DNA from: a virus
IMG/VR virus record: IMGVR_UViG_3300022074_000006
Span: 69,293-133,292 of that record
Direction: 5' to 3' (one strand)
Length of the DNA stretch: 64,000 nt
In this document: positions 1 to 9,928 of the stretch, piece after piece
Numbering within the stretch: position 1 is the stretch's first letter
How the letters are laid out: every line of letters begins with the position of its first letter
Notes under the pieces: generated by a model
What the model was told of the DNA's origin: nothing
Database searches by the model: none
Seen by the model: the letters and a program-made list of their open reading frames with translations, nothing else
Position numbers and translations under genes: made by a program

Positions 1-189
1 ATTATAGATGAAGGTTTCGGAGCTTTGGATGACATGAACGTCGAATCATGCAGTCGACTTCTAGAGTCTTTGAAAAAGTGGTTTAAGAATATTATAATAA
101 TATCGCATGTTGATGCTGTCAAAGATGTGGCTGACAACACGCTAGAGATTGTTAAAAACGGTAAAGACTCGTTAGTGAAAAATGTCTAA
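1..189 (+). CDS. C-terminal end of a Rad50/SbcC-family ATPase (T4 gp46-like recombination nuclease subunit), 5'-truncated by the window
   Basis: Hand translation of frame 1: IIDEGFGALD (Walker B/D-loop) and IIISHVD (H-loop), TAA at 187-189. Not in the ORF track. Confidence 0.85.
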   Translation: MIDEGFGALDDMNVESCSRLLESLKKWFKNIIIISHVDAVKDVADNTLEIVKNGKDSLVKNV

Positions 190-355
190 GAAGATGAGAA
201 TAATAGTGGTCAGAAGCTCTGATCTAGAAATGATTGATTGCCCAAGGTGTGGATTTGCAGTTAGAGATCTCGAGGACATGAATGAGTGCAGAAGGTCAGG
301 AATGTGCTCAGACTGTAAAATGAATCCAACAAATACAAAAAAAGATAATAATTAG
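182..355 (+). CDS. Small (57 aa) putative zinc-binding protein
   Basis: Hand translation: ATG at 182 overlaps the upstream stop; contains CPRC and C-x4-CSDC; TAG at 353-355; fills the gap exactly. Below the ORF-track size cutoff. Confidence 0.55.
   Translation: MSKKMRIIVVRSSDLEMIDCPRCGFAVRDLEDMNECRRSGMCSDCKMNPTNTKKDNN
348..354 (+). promoter_or_regulatory. Putative late-promoter motif ATANTTA (ATAATTA)
   Basis: 18 nt upstream of ATG 373 and ahead of an AGGAG RBS; the same motif recurs before many structural genes (see findings). Confidence 0.55.
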
Positions 356-372
356 TTTATAGGAGAAAAACC

Positions 373-753
373 ATGTTGTCAGTAGAAGAAGTAAATGCAC
401 TAGGAAATATCTTGAACTCCACTTTTGGTAAAAGTGGTAATAGAGGAGAAACAAGATCTTTGACAGGATCGATAGAGGGAAACACACTAATCTTAAAATT
501 CCTGTCAGTAGTTCAGTTTGCTTCTGAGTCAAGCCTGCGTGAACAAACAGATAGAATTGCAGAAGAAAGCGTAAAGCTTCTCGCCGAGGCTGTCACCAAC
601 ATCAAGAAGCAATTCAAGGAAGCAACAGGAAAAACTTTGAAAGTCAAAGAGGACGGCTCTTCTGATAGTGTAGAAGTAGTTTCAGGATCCGTGCATTCAC
701 CAAGAAAAATTGCATACTACAGGAGAACACACACACTTTCTATAAAAGAGTAG
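373..753 (+). CDS. Hypothetical protein (126 aa) upstream of the terminase
   Basis: AGGAG RBS, clean ORF, 4-nt gap to terL. Confidence 0.8.
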   Translation: MLSVEEVNALGNILNSTFGKSGNRGETRSLTGSIEGNTLILKFLSVVQFASESSLREQTDRIAEESVKLLAEAVTNIKKQFKEATGKTLKVKEDGSSDSVEVVSGSVHSPRKIAYYRRTHTLSIKE

Positions 754-757
754 TTCT

Positions 758-2350
758 GTGTCATTAACTTCCAAGCGTGCCCAAGTAAAAGAAATAGTTC
801 GGTGTGGAAAAGATCCTGTCTATTTTTTCAACAGATATCTGAAAATACAGCATCCAACCAAAGGGTCAATACCTTTTAAGACATTCCCGTTTCAAGATGA
901 CTGTGTGAGTGACTTTGTAGACCACCGTTTTAACATAATTTTGAAATCTAGACAGCTAGGCATATCTACAATAACAGCAGCTTATGCAGTCTGGCTAGCA
1001 TGTTTCTACAAGGACAAGAACATACTGGTCATAGCAACTAAATTAGCTGTTGCTCAAAACTTTATCAAAAAAGTTAAGACAGCTATTAGAAGCATGCCTG
1101 AATGGCTCTTGATGTCAGAGATTATTGGCAACAACAAACAGACTGTCGAGTTTAGTAATGGATCTACAATAAAGGCAGTTCCTACTTCCGACGATGCCGG
1201 TAGATCTGAGGCACTTTCTCTTTTGATAGTAGACGAAGCCGCGTTTATTAGAAATTTTGATGAACTTTGGACTTCTTTGTATCCTACACTTTCAACTGGT
1301 GGTCGTGCAATAGTTCTTTCAACACCAAACGGAGTCGGAGGACAATATCATGACCTCTGGTTGAAGGCAGAGTCTGGTGAAAGTCTTTTTAATGCCATAA
1401 AGCTGCCTTGGGACGTACATCCTGATCATGACCAGGAATGGTTTGAAAAGGAATGTAAAAATTTCTCCAGAAAGCAGATAGCTCAAGAGCTTTTGTGCGA
1501 CTTTGCAGCTTCGGGTGAGACATTCTTAAATCATTCCGACATTGAACACATTGGTGCAAGAATCAAGACACCTATAGAGAAGTGGGGACCAGGCATGGGC
1601 GTGTGGACTTGGAAGTACCCCCTGACAGAGCACAAATATATTGTAAGTGCTGACGTCGCGAGAGGAGATGCAGCAGACTATTCAGCTTTTCATGTAATTG
1701 ACGTTGATGAGTCAGAAATTGTAGCTGAGTTTAAAGGAAAAATTCCACCTGATGAATTTGCAATTCTTTTAAACGAAGTGGGAAGAAGATACTCAGACGC
1801 ACTTCTATGCCCTGAAAACAACACGTATGGATATGCACTAGTAATGAAACTCTGTGAACTCGGTTATAAAAATTTGTACTACCAGAATCCTAAGGATAAG
1901 ATTTCTGCTATGTACGGTCTAAGCGATGTTCCAATAAGCAAGATAGGATTTACAACGTCAGGCCAGTCAAGAAATCAGATTCTTACAAAACTAGAACAGG
2001 TAATCAGAAACAAGGAAATTACAATATACTCTAGTCGATTATACGAAGAACTAAAGACGTTCATGTGGAAAGGTAATAAAGCTCAGGCACAAAAAGGAAA
2101 AAACGATGACTTAGTAATGTCTTTAGCAATTGGAGTGTGGCTTTATGAGACTTCACCTGTTGCAAGTAGATCGACTCATGATCTCAACAAGGAAATGCTA
2201 AAGGCATTTGGTGTCAACGGTTCTAATGCAAAGGATACCAGCCTTTCTCCTTTTCATCACAAGGCTTACAACCCGTTCAAAAGGTACAAAAGCGAAGCTG
2301 TTCCGTTTGCTAGTGGGTCTGCAATGTCAGATTTTGGATGGCTTATTTAA
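758..2350 (+). CDS. terL: Terminase large subunit (T4 gp17-like)
   Basis: Walker A LKSRQLGIS, Walker B LLIVDEAAF, STPNG coupling motif, RNase H-like nuclease motifs ADVARG and NDDLVMSLA; GTG start. Confidence 0.95.
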   Translation: MSLTSKRAQVKEIVRCGKDPVYFFNRYLKIQHPTKGSIPFKTFPFQDDCVSDFVDHRFNIILKSRQLGISTITAAYAVWLACFYKDKNILVIATKLAVAQNFIKKVKTAIRSMPEWLLMSEIIGNNKQTVEFSNGSTIKAVPTSDDAGRSEALSLLIVDEAAFIRNFDELWTSLYPTLSTGGRAIVLSTPNGVGGQYHDLWLKAESGESLFNAIKLPWDVHPDHDQEWFEKECKNFSRKQIAQELLCDFAASGETFLNHSDIEHIGARIKTPIEKWGPGMGVWTWKYPLTEHKYIVSADVARGDAADYSAFHVIDVDESEIVAEFKGKIPPDEFAILLNEVGRRYSDALLCPENNTYGYALVMKLCELGYKNLYYQNPKDKISAMYGLSDVPISKIGFTTSGQSRNQILTKLEQVIRNKEITIYSSRLYEELKTFMWKGNKAQAQKGKNDDLVMSLAIGVWLYETSPVASRSTHDLNKEMLKAFGVNGSNAKDTSLSPFHHKAYNPFKRYKSEAVPFASGSAMSDFGWLI

Positions 2351-2368
2351 TATAGACATCGACTAGAT

Positions 2369-2375
2369 ATAATTA
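2369..2375 (+). promoter_or_regulatory. Putative late-promoter motif ATANTTA (ATAATTA)
   Basis: In the terL-portal gap, 21 nt before the portal ATG. Confidence 0.55.
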
Positions 2376-2396
2376 GTATGTATTGGGAGACATCAC

Positions 2397-4400
2397 ATGT
2401 CAGATAATAATAAAGTACCAGGTCTTTTCAACAGATTGACATCACTCTTTAGGGGAGGCCCTACTGTTCGCAGAAGAATAAGAGCAACACAAGACAATCA
2501 AGAAAAAGGATTGACAACTGGTCAACTTCTTTTTAGAAGGTCAAACAGCGATACCTATAACGCAACTTTGTCCTCTTATGGGTCTTTCGATAGGATGTCA
2601 CGATATAGCGACTTTGGTGAAATGGAATCGACACCTGAGATCGCATCTGCTCTAGACATATACGCGGAAGAGTCTGTTTCACCCGACGTTTCTGGTAGAA
2701 TTCTTCATATTCACTCTGACAATAGAAAAATTCAAGAAATTTTAGAGACACTATTTTTTGACACCTTGAATCTAGACTTTAATCTTCCGATGTGGGTAAG
2801 GAATCTCTGCAAGTATGGTGACTTCTTTTTGTTTAACGACGTTTCGACAGAATACGGAGTTGTGAATGCATATCCCATACCCATCTCAGAAATAGAAAGA
2901 GAAGAGGGTTTTGACGGGACCGACCCTAACGCTGTCCGTTTTAGATGGTTAACTCAGGGGAACAAAGTTCTAGAAAACTGGCAAGTTTCACACTTTAGAC
3001 TTTTAGGCAACGATGCATTTTTACCATACGGATCTTCCGTTTTGGAATCGGCCAGAAGAATCTGGAGGCAGCTTATTCTGATCGAAGATGCAATGCTCGT
3101 TTATAGAGTGATTAGGTCGCCTGAAAGAAGAGTGTTCTACATAGACGTCGGCAACGTCCCTCCAGAAGAGATTAGCAACTACGTGGAGCAGGCAAAAACT
3201 GCCCTGAAGCGAAATCAAATAGTTGATTCAGCAACTGGAAGAGTTGACATTAGATACAATCCGATGAGTGTCGACGAAGATTACTTCATACCTGTTCGAG
3301 GAGGAGAATCCGGAACCCGGGTTGAATCTATTGCAGGCGGTACTAATACATCAGCAATAGAAGATGTTGAGTACATTCAGAAGAAGCTTTTCGCTGCTCT
3401 AAAGATACCCAAAGCCTATCTCGGCTATGATGAAGATGTTGGAGCAAAAGCAACCCTGGCCCAAGAAGATATCAGGTTTAGTAGAACTATTCACAGAGTT
3501 CAAAAGACGGTCATTGCTGAGCTTAACAAAATAGCAATGATTCATTTGTTCTCCCACGGATATCAAAGTGAAGACTTGTTAGACTTTGACCTTAAGCTAG
3601 CAAATCCGTCGTCAATAGCACAACAGCAAAAGCTTGAACTGATACGATCGAAGTTCGAGATAGCAGGAACTGCTCCTGAAGGGCTAGTTGATAGATCATG
3701 GATTAGAAAAAACGTCTTAGAATTAAATGATGATCAAATTGAGACTATAGAGCGAGGGAAAATAGAGGACAAAAAGACAGATCTAGCTCTAGAGGCTGTT
3801 ACGTCTGAAGAGCCTGATGAGGCTGCCGCAGGAGATGAAGGCGGTGCCGAAGAAGAGCCTGCAGCTGAAGAAGGGGGAGATGATGAAGATCTCTTTTCGT
3901 CAGACAAGGTCGATGGCGACGTTCTAGACGGTCTTCCGGTTCACGCTCAAAAAAATTCCAAAGCAAATAAAGACAAAAAAGGTGAAGAAGGCCTGGATAA
4001 GCTTTCGATAGATGACGAAGATGCTCCCATCAAAGCAACTAATGTCATAAAAAATGCTTTTGGAGAACCCATCAATAATCCAAAGAGGTATCGGACTAGT
4101 GACTTACACATGCCAGACTTTGGAAAGATGGTGTCTGTGTCAAAGTCTAAAGCAAGGCCGCAAGATTCTATGCTCAAGCCGTATGGTCCTGACGATGTTC
4201 TAGAAGGGCCTTTTGATAGATGGGAAAGAAAGATTGAAAAGTCTTCCATGATGACTCCTGACATGAAGCAAGCCCTCAAACAAATGAATAGAGCTATGGA
4301 TATACCGAGAGAAAGCATACTTACAGAAGGAGAGGGCCCTATATCTATAGTTGAAGTCCTGCTAGGGGATGAAATTGTTGAAAATGGTGACGAAGATTAA
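2397..4400 (+). CDS. Portal protein (T4 gp20-like) with a long acidic C-terminal extension
   Basis: gp20-type motifs EDAMLVYRVIRSPERRVFYIDVGN, EDYFIPVRGG, IEDVEYIQKKLFAALKIPK; lies directly after terL. Confidence 0.95.
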   Translation: MSDNNKVPGLFNRLTSLFRGGPTVRRRIRATQDNQEKGLTTGQLLFRRSNSDTYNATLSSYGSFDRMSRYSDFGEMESTPEIASALDIYAEESVSPDVSGRILHIHSDNRKIQEILETLFFDTLNLDFNLPMWVRNLCKYGDFFLFNDVSTEYGVVNAYPIPISEIEREEGFDGTDPNAVRFRWLTQGNKVLENWQVSHFRLLGNDAFLPYGSSVLESARRIWRQLILIEDAMLVYRVIRSPERRVFYIDVGNVPPEEISNYVEQAKTALKRNQIVDSATGRVDIRYNPMSVDEDYFIPVRGGESGTRVESIAGGTNTSAIEDVEYIQKKLFAALKIPKAYLGYDEDVGAKATLAQEDIRFSRTIHRVQKTVIAELNKIAMIHLFSHGYQSEDLLDFDLKLANPSSIAQQQKLELIRSKFEIAGTAPEGLVDRSWIRKNVLELNDDQIETIERGKIEDKKTDLALEAVTSEEPDEAAAGDEGGAEEEPAAEEGGDDEDLFSSDKVDGDVLDGLPVHAQKNSKANKDKKGEEGLDKLSIDDEDAPIKATNVIKNAFGEPINNPKRYRTSDLHMPDFGKMVSVSKSKARPQDSMLKPYGPDDVLEGPFDRWERKIEKSSMMTPDMKQALKQMNRAMDIPRESILTEGEGPISIVEVLLGDEIVENGDED

Positions 4401-4403
4401 AAA

Positions 4404-5240
4404 ATGACAAAAAGAACTCATAATAAAAAAAGAAACGTAGGTATCTTATACGAACTCCTGGTCAGAAAAGTTTCTGAATCGCTTATTGAAGGTGATGAAA
4501 GAAAGTCAGACCAAGCAATCGGGATTATTGAAGAATTTTTTTGCAAAGAAAGTGTGCTTCTAAAAGAGTATAGACTTTTTTCTGCTCTAACAAAAACCTA
4601 CGTTGAATCAGATCACATCGCATCAAAACTACTTGCTGAAGCTCGAAAGGGAGCACAAGATTTTGACCACAACAAGCTTGAACATGAAAAGTCTAGGCTG
4701 ATCAAAAAAATCAACAAGACTTTCGATGATGATAGCTTCTTTAACAGCAAGATTCCAGAGTACAAAAAGTTTGCATCGATTCAAACGGTCCTAAATGCCT
4801 GGAGAGAACCTGAGAAGTTTGGGCTAGGTAGGATTGCAGAATCAGAAGAGAGAGTGGTCGCTATACTAAAAGAAAAGAATCAGATAGAAGATCTTGCTGA
4901 TCTAAAGACAAAAGAAGTCAATCCACTCACGTCAAAGCTGATGCTTGAAAAATTTAACAAAAAGTTTCAAAAACTTTCAGGTTCTCAAAAAAGAATAGTT
5001 GAAACAGTTCTTTCTAAGAATTCCGAAAACTTGAAATCTGTTCTTGTCGATGAAAAAGCACAAGCTTTTCGATCACTCAAAGAACTTCAGAAAGAGGATG
5101 CTAGTGAATGGGTGGCGAAAAAAATAGAAAAGGTTCGACCTTTGATAGAATCCTTAAACCCAGAAGACACTACAGATTCTAATATACAAAAATTTATGAC
5201 AGTCGCTCACATGACTGCATTGATCGAGGAGGAAAGTTAA
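4404..5240 (+). CDS. Hypothetical helical protein (278 aa) between portal and protease
   Basis: Clean ORF abutting both neighbours; no recognised motif. Confidence 0.75.
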   Translation: MTKRTHNKKRNVGILYELLVRKVSESLIEGDERKSDQAIGIIEEFFCKESVLLKEYRLFSALTKTYVESDHIASKLLAEARKGAQDFDHNKLEHEKSRLIKKINKTFDDDSFFNSKIPEYKKFASIQTVLNAWREPEKFGLGRIAESEERVVAILKEKNQIEDLADLKTKEVNPLTSKLMLEKFNKKFQKLSGSQKRIVETVLSKNSENLKSVLVDEKAQAFRSLKELQKEDASEWVAKKIEKVRPLIESLNPEDTTDSNIQKFMTVAHMTALIEEES

Positions 5241-5241
5241 A

Positions 5242-5841
5242 ATGAAGCTATTGACTGAATGGTCACCTTTTGAATACTCCAATGACATGATTAACGAGTC
5301 AAAAGAGCGAAACGACGGAAAAATTATCATGAAGGGGGTTTTGCAAAAAGCAGACACTCTAAATCAGAACAAGAGAATATACCCGCAAGCCATCTTAGAA
5401 AGAGAGGTCAGAAACTATCAGAAGTTCATAGCAGAAAATAGAGCTTTGGGAGAATGTGATCACCCCCAGACATCAGTCGTTGAGCTTAAAAATGCATCTC
5501 ATATAATCAGAGAGGCTCACATGGAAGGCGGGGTTGTCTACGGAACTGTTGAGCTTCTCAACACACCTGCAGGCAAAATATTGCAAAGTTTAGTCGAGTC
5601 TGGCGTCACCCTTGGAATATCTTCTAGAGGTGTGGGATCAACTAGAAGAGACGGCGACTACGATGTTGTCCAAGATGATTTTCAACTAATCTGCTGGGAC
5701 TTTGTTTCAGAGCCTAGTACTCCTGGTGCTTTTATGATGTCAGAGGGAAAGTCAGTATCTTCTGAAGATCTTAATAGACACTTTAACAAGACAGACAAGA
5801 TAGATAGAGTTTTTAATGAAATTCTAGATTGGGAGAAATAA
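5242..5841 (+). CDS. Prohead maturation protease (T4 gp21-like)
   Basis: NQNKRIYP, ALGECDHP, NASH, LGISSRGVGS, DFVSEPSTPGA motifs of gp21-type proteases. Confidence 0.93.
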   Translation: MKLLTEWSPFEYSNDMINESKERNDGKIIMKGVLQKADTLNQNKRIYPQAILEREVRNYQKFIAENRALGECDHPQTSVVELKNASHIIREAHMEGGVVYGTVELLNTPAGKILQSLVESGVTLGISSRGVGSTRRDGDYDVVQDDFQLICWDFVSEPSTPGAFMMSEGKSVSSEDLNRHFNKTDKIDRVFNEILDWEK

Positions 5842-5844
5842 GAG

Positions 5845-6306
5845 ATGGGCTATCTTCAAAATGCTAAACCGGGCATCGGAGCTGTGGGCGAATATCAAGC
5901 CGCAGGTCGTCCATGGGTGAGGTTAGTAACAGTACCGGCTGGAGCCGACTTAACAAATACAGCAGCGAACGCAGACGTCAACGAGTTTAAGGTGGAATTT
6001 CCGGCTGTCACAAGAAGAGTGATTGTTAGGAACACTTCCGGTGGTACGGCGAACGTTCATTTTGCCAGCTTGGCTACGACAGATGATGGTGCAGTAGCAG
6101 CAGGCAACAACAGTGCTGTTAAAAAAGGAAAAAATTACATCCAGCTCACAACAGGAAAAGAAATCAGCATGGATATCAAGTGCAGGTTCATTTTCTTGTC
6201 AAAAGTTGGTGCAGACGCAATTGACGTTGAAGTTATTGCTGAGCTAACAAATATACAAGAACCTTATGATCTCAACAAGAGAGGTCTGGAGGGTATAACC
6301 AAATGA
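5845..6306 (+). CDS. Hypothetical virion (head-associated) protein
   Basis: Beta-rich composition; within the head operon; stop overlaps the next start (ATGA). Confidence 0.65.
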   Translation: MGYLQNAKPGIGAVGEYQAAGRPWVRLVTVPAGADLTNTAANADVNEFKVEFPAVTRRVIVRNTSGGTANVHFASLATTDDGAVAAGNNSAVKKGKNYIQLTTGKEISMDIKCRFIFLSKVGADAIDVEVIAELTNIQEPYDLNKRGLEGITK

Positions 6307-6740
6307 GCAAGCCTAAGATTTCTAGAAGTGCTCTCAAAGCTGTCATCAAAGAGTGCTTGGTTGAGATCCTTGCAGAAGGGATAGGCTCAGAAAAGGCTTC
6401 AAGTCAACTCAAGAAAAGCCGAACATCTACAGTCTCGAGAAAGAAGCCCGTCAAAAATCAGGCAAGAAACCTTTCTGAGAGAAGAGAAGTTCAAAACGAT
6501 TCTTTCGACAGCGCTGTGAAAAGAACGGCTTCTTCATTGACGTCTGATCCAGTGATGGCAGCTATATTTGAAGAAACAGCAAGAACTACACTTCAAGAAC
6601 AAAAAGAGAATGCACCTCCTGTAGTTGCTGACAACAGATCACCTTTGCAAGATAGCAATTCTGGGTCTGAGTTGACAGAAATGTTTGAAGGATCTTCCAA
6701 CTGGGCAACTCTTGCATTTACTGAAAAGAAAACTGTCTAA
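6303..6740 (+). CDS. Hypothetical head-module protein
   Basis: Coupled ORF; basic N-half; contains IKE/LVE/LAE candidate gp21-type cleavage sites. Confidence 0.65.
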   Translation: MSKPKISRSALKAVIKECLVEILAEGIGSEKASSQLKKSRTSTVSRKKPVKNQARNLSERREVQNDSFDSAVKRTASSLTSDPVMAAIFEETARTTLQEQKENAPPVVADNRSPLQDSNSGSELTEMFEGSSNWATLAFTEKKTV

Positions 6741-6799
6741 ATTTTAAGTTTCATCATATTTAATCATTGATCCATAATTTTCCGACAAGGAGTGAAAAA

Positions 6800-7081
6800 A
6801 TGGCAAAATTCAAAAAACTAACGCCTGCAATTCTTAAAAAGATCATTCTAGAAGAAAAAGAGGCACTAATAAACGAGTCTGATCCGATAGCACAGGGTGT
6901 TGAAGATCCTGCTAAGGTCGACGCAGAAGAGGTTGATGCTAGCGAGCAAGCTACTTCTTTGGAGAAAGACATTGACTTCATCAAAGCTCTCAAGATAGAA
7001 GAGCAGAAGACAACTCGTTATCTAAAGAAGATCCAGGAGGCGAAAACACTTATTTCAAATCGTCTTCTCACTAAGATTTAA
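6800..7081 (+). CDS. Small head-module protein (93 aa)
   Basis: Start moved from 6767 to ATG 6800 because AAGGAG lies just upstream and ATATTTA is at 6756-6762. Confidence 0.7.
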   Translation: MAKFKKLTPAILKKIILEEKEALINESDPIAQGVEDPAKVDAEEVDASEQATSLEKDIDFIKALKIEEQKTTRYLKKIQEAKTLISNRLLTKI

Positions 7082-7104
7082 TCAGCTAAAGAAAGGAGAA
7101 TAAG

Positions 7105-7575
7105 ATGGCTGTCAAAGGAACCAAGGACCCACAGATAGTTATAGGAGTCCCGAAGACTGTAAGGGACAAGGGATCTGCACCTAATGGTGTGTCTAAAAGT
7201 GACACTCAAACAATGCAATCAATTTACGGTAATTCTCCTATTCATGCAGAAAGAATTACTGACGAATCTGTCAAGGCCATGCTGCAAGAAGAGTTAAATA
7301 AGTTTACATACACGGATGCACCTAGCTATGAAGATGTGCCTACAGGTGGCGGTGGTTTGCCAGCAAGCCCTTTCACCCCGAACCCATCATCTTCACCATC
7401 AGGCAAGCCTGAAGACCAGCCAGCTGCACCAGACGGATACGGATCTGAGCCAACGTCTGAAGGTTACGGTATCGGACCATCACACAATGGAACTTCTAGA
7501 AATCCGGGTACATCATCTACACGCGTAGCTAGAACTATCGGAGAATTGGTCAAGGGTGTAGGAAGCGCTGGATAA
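7105..7575 (+). CDS. Pro/Gly/Ser-rich hypothetical protein
   Basis: AAAGGAG RBS; clean ORF in the head cluster. Confidence 0.7.
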   Translation: MAVKGTKDPQIVIGVPKTVRDKGSAPNGVSKSDTQTMQSIYGNSPIHAERITDESVKAMLQEELNKFTYTDAPSYEDVPTGGGGLPASPFTPNPSSSPSGKPEDQPAAPDGYGSEPTSEGYGIGPSHNGTSRNPGTSSTRVARTIGELVKGVGSAG

Positions 7576-7667
7576 TCCAGATCGCTAAACTCTTAAAGAC
7601 TAAATTGTCATACTTCAAATTACCACGCCTCAATTTTGCACCACAAACAACGGGATCGGAAATTTAA

Positions 7668-8162
7668 ATGAGTTTTCGGTCCCTACCTTTCGATTCTATG
7701 TCCGACAAAGGATATGGAAACATGGGAAAGATTCAGAAGCAAAGAAATGCAGGGGATTCTTACCCATACCAAGAGCCCGTAAGTCATCACGAAGATGATG
7801 ATTTAGATCCTGAAATCAAAAAGAAAGTAAGAAAAAAGTCAGGTAACGGTACACAAAAGACTGACTTTTACGCTGATCTCGGTACTGATAAGTTTTACTT
7901 TGTCGGCGGAAATACTAAACTAATAGATTGTTTTATAAATCCAGGTGAAGTCTTGAAAGAAGTCGTGTCATATGCGAGAATGTTTGGATCAGTTCCAAAG
8001 ATGTATAAAGGAAAGAAAGTTGCAGGAGGTGCCACATTCCCGGGCGGTGTAGGCAACTTTAGAGGCATCGGAATGAAGTCTGGGTTCGCTTCAGCGCCCC
8101 CTCCTTTTGATGAAGACTTTTTGCAAAGAAGTGAAGAAGAAGACGAAGAAGAACAAGACTAA
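7668..8162 (+). CDS. Hypothetical protein with an acidic C-terminus
   Basis: Clean ORF filling the gap before the scaffold gene. Confidence 0.65.
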   Translation: MSFRSLPFDSMSDKGYGNMGKIQKQRNAGDSYPYQEPVSHHEDDDLDPEIKKKVRKKSGNGTQKTDFYADLGTDKFYFVGGNTKLIDCFINPGEVLKEVVSYARMFGSVPKMYKGKKVAGGATFPGGVGNFRGIGMKSGFASAPPPFDEDFLQRSEEEDEEEQD

Positions 8163-8207
8163 GTTTAAAAACCGGGAAAAGGGTGCAGAAAACTGTAATT
8201 TTGCATC

Positions 8208-8214
8208 ATATTTA
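8208..8214 (+). promoter_or_regulatory. Putative late-promoter motif ATANTTA (ATATTTA) for scaffold and capsid
   Basis: CATCATATTTAAT, an identical 13-mer to the site at 6752-6764; 26 nt before ATG 8241. Confidence 0.6.
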
Positions 8215-8240
8215 ATTGTTGAACTCTAGAAGGTGGTGAA

Positions 8241-9884
8241 ATGTCTAATACCTTATATAACGAAGCCATTGCAGACGCAAAGCAGCTTAAGCAGATGGCA
8301 GAAGAAGATGCTAAGAACAGAATCATAGACGCAATCACTCCACGAATCAGACATCTTATCGAAAGCAAAATTCTAGGAGAATCTTTGCCCGAAGAGATAG
8401 AAGTAGAAGATGGAGAAGAAAAGTCTGAACCTGAACTTGACTTGGATCTAGGAAGCCTTAGCAGTGAACCTGCTCCGGCTCCGGAGATGAGTCATGGCAG
8501 TGAGGAAAAACCAAAGGTCAAAATAGATCCTGAGGGACCTGTTTCTGTAGACTTAGGTGATTTTGAGATAGAATTTAACACTTCTGAAGAAGATGAGATG
8601 GTTTTAGACCAGGATATGGCTGAGGTTTTGAAAAGAGCAACGGGACTGACAGCTGATCTTTCTGAGTCTTTGGACTCGCTAGAAGAGAGGCTCGGGCTTG
8701 TTAAGAAAGCTCTGGGCATAGCAAAAACATCAGGAACACCTTCACAGAAGCAAAAAGTATCAAATTTAGTTGAAAACGTAGCTAAAGAAGCTGCAAGTGT
8801 TGTAAAACAGCTGAGTCTAGCAAATCAGTTAGGCTCGGATAATGCCCCGGAGAGGGCTAGAATCGATGTCATTATTAAGGAGTTAAAAACCATGACAGAT
8901 CGCAAGGGAAGAAATATTTTTGATTTCCTCTTCGAGGCAGAAGAAGCTGTAAGTGAACTTTCGCTTAAAGAAGAAGAGGAAGGAGAGGCAGAAGAGGGGG
9001 AGGAAGCTGAAGAGGCTGCTGGCGAAGAATTAAGCCCAGAAGTTGAAGATGCTTTCAAGAGCCTTGGTGATGCACTTGGACTCGAGGTCGAAGACGAAGG
9101 CGCCGACGAAGGCGACGAAGACGAAGACGAAGACGAAGATGAAGATGAAATGGATCTAGATGAGACCTCTCACATGGATGAGATGGACCCTAAGATGGAA
9201 ATGGATCCTAAAATGGAAATGGAAGAGGTTTACGAGATTGACGAGAACGTTCTTGCTCGTGAGCTTATGAGACTTCGCAATCTTCGCGAAGAAACATCAG
9301 GTGTTGAAGATCCTTCAAAGACCGCTGACGCTTTCGGTGGCGGAGACGTTGAAGACGAAATGTTCGTAGACGTTTCAGAAGAGCAACTTCTCAATGCACT
9401 TGATGATGAGCTTGGGTCTGTTTCTGAGTCTGTTAAGCAGGAAATCGTCCGAAGAGCCAAGAGAGCTTCCTTGCGCGAGTCACGTGCACACAGAAGAAAC
9501 ACAAGAAGAGCTCGACGCACCGTTGATACCGGAGCAGAGAGAAAGATTGCGAATCTTCAAGAGCAGCTCAACGAAATGAACGTTTTTAATGCTAAGCTTC
9601 TTTACGCAAACAAGCTTATGCAGAATAGAAATTTATCAACTAAGCAGCAAAGAGCTATTGTCGAGGCTATGGATAGTGCTAAGACGGTTCGCGAAGCTAA
9701 GTTGCTTTACAGTAGCCTAACGGCTTCTATGAAGAAGGGCAAGAAGGGAACCCTTGCTGAGAGCGCGACCAAAGGTCAAATTCTCGGAGCGTCCTCCAGA
9801 TCAACCCGGTCGGCATCTCCGGCCAATAGTGGAGTTGGGGTGGACAGATGGTCAATACTTGCTGGACTAAAGAAGGACAGCTAA
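8241..9884 (+). CDS. Prohead core/scaffolding protein (functional analogue of T4 gp22)
   Basis: Very acidic coiled-coil protein immediately before the major capsid gene; C-terminal helical region NAKLLYANKL...AKLLY; many LxE sites. Confidence 0.8.
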   Translation: MSNTLYNEAIADAKQLKQMAEEDAKNRIIDAITPRIRHLIESKILGESLPEEIEVEDGEEKSEPELDLDLGSLSSEPAPAPEMSHGSEEKPKVKIDPEGPVSVDLGDFEIEFNTSEEDEMVLDQDMAEVLKRATGLTADLSESLDSLEERLGLVKKALGIAKTSGTPSQKQKVSNLVENVAKEAASVVKQLSLANQLGSDNAPERARIDVIIKELKTMTDRKGRNIFDFLFEAEEAVSELSLKEEEEGEAEEGEEAEEAAGEELSPEVEDAFKSLGDALGLEVEDEGADEGDEDEDEDEDEDEMDLDETSHMDEMDPKMEMDPKMEMEEVYEIDENVLARELMRLRNLREETSGVEDPSKTADAFGGGDVEDEMFVDVSEEQLLNALDDELGSVSESVKQEIVRRAKRASLRESRAHRRNTRRARRTVDTGAERKIANLQEQLNEMNVFNAKLLYANKLMQNRNLSTKQQRAIVEAMDSAKTVREAKLLYSSLTASMKKGKKGTLAESATKGQILGASSRSTRSASPANSGVGVDRWSILAGLKKDS

Positions 9885-9928
9885 GTCCATTTAACACACA
9901 ACGACATTAACATTAAGGAGTTTTTAAA

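Noticed and set aside
9093-9220. GACGAA-type microsatellite and an 18-nt tandem duplication (MDPKME x2) in the scaffold gene
   Set aside because: In-frame low-complexity acidic linker, ordinary for scaffold proteins; no sign of phase variation.
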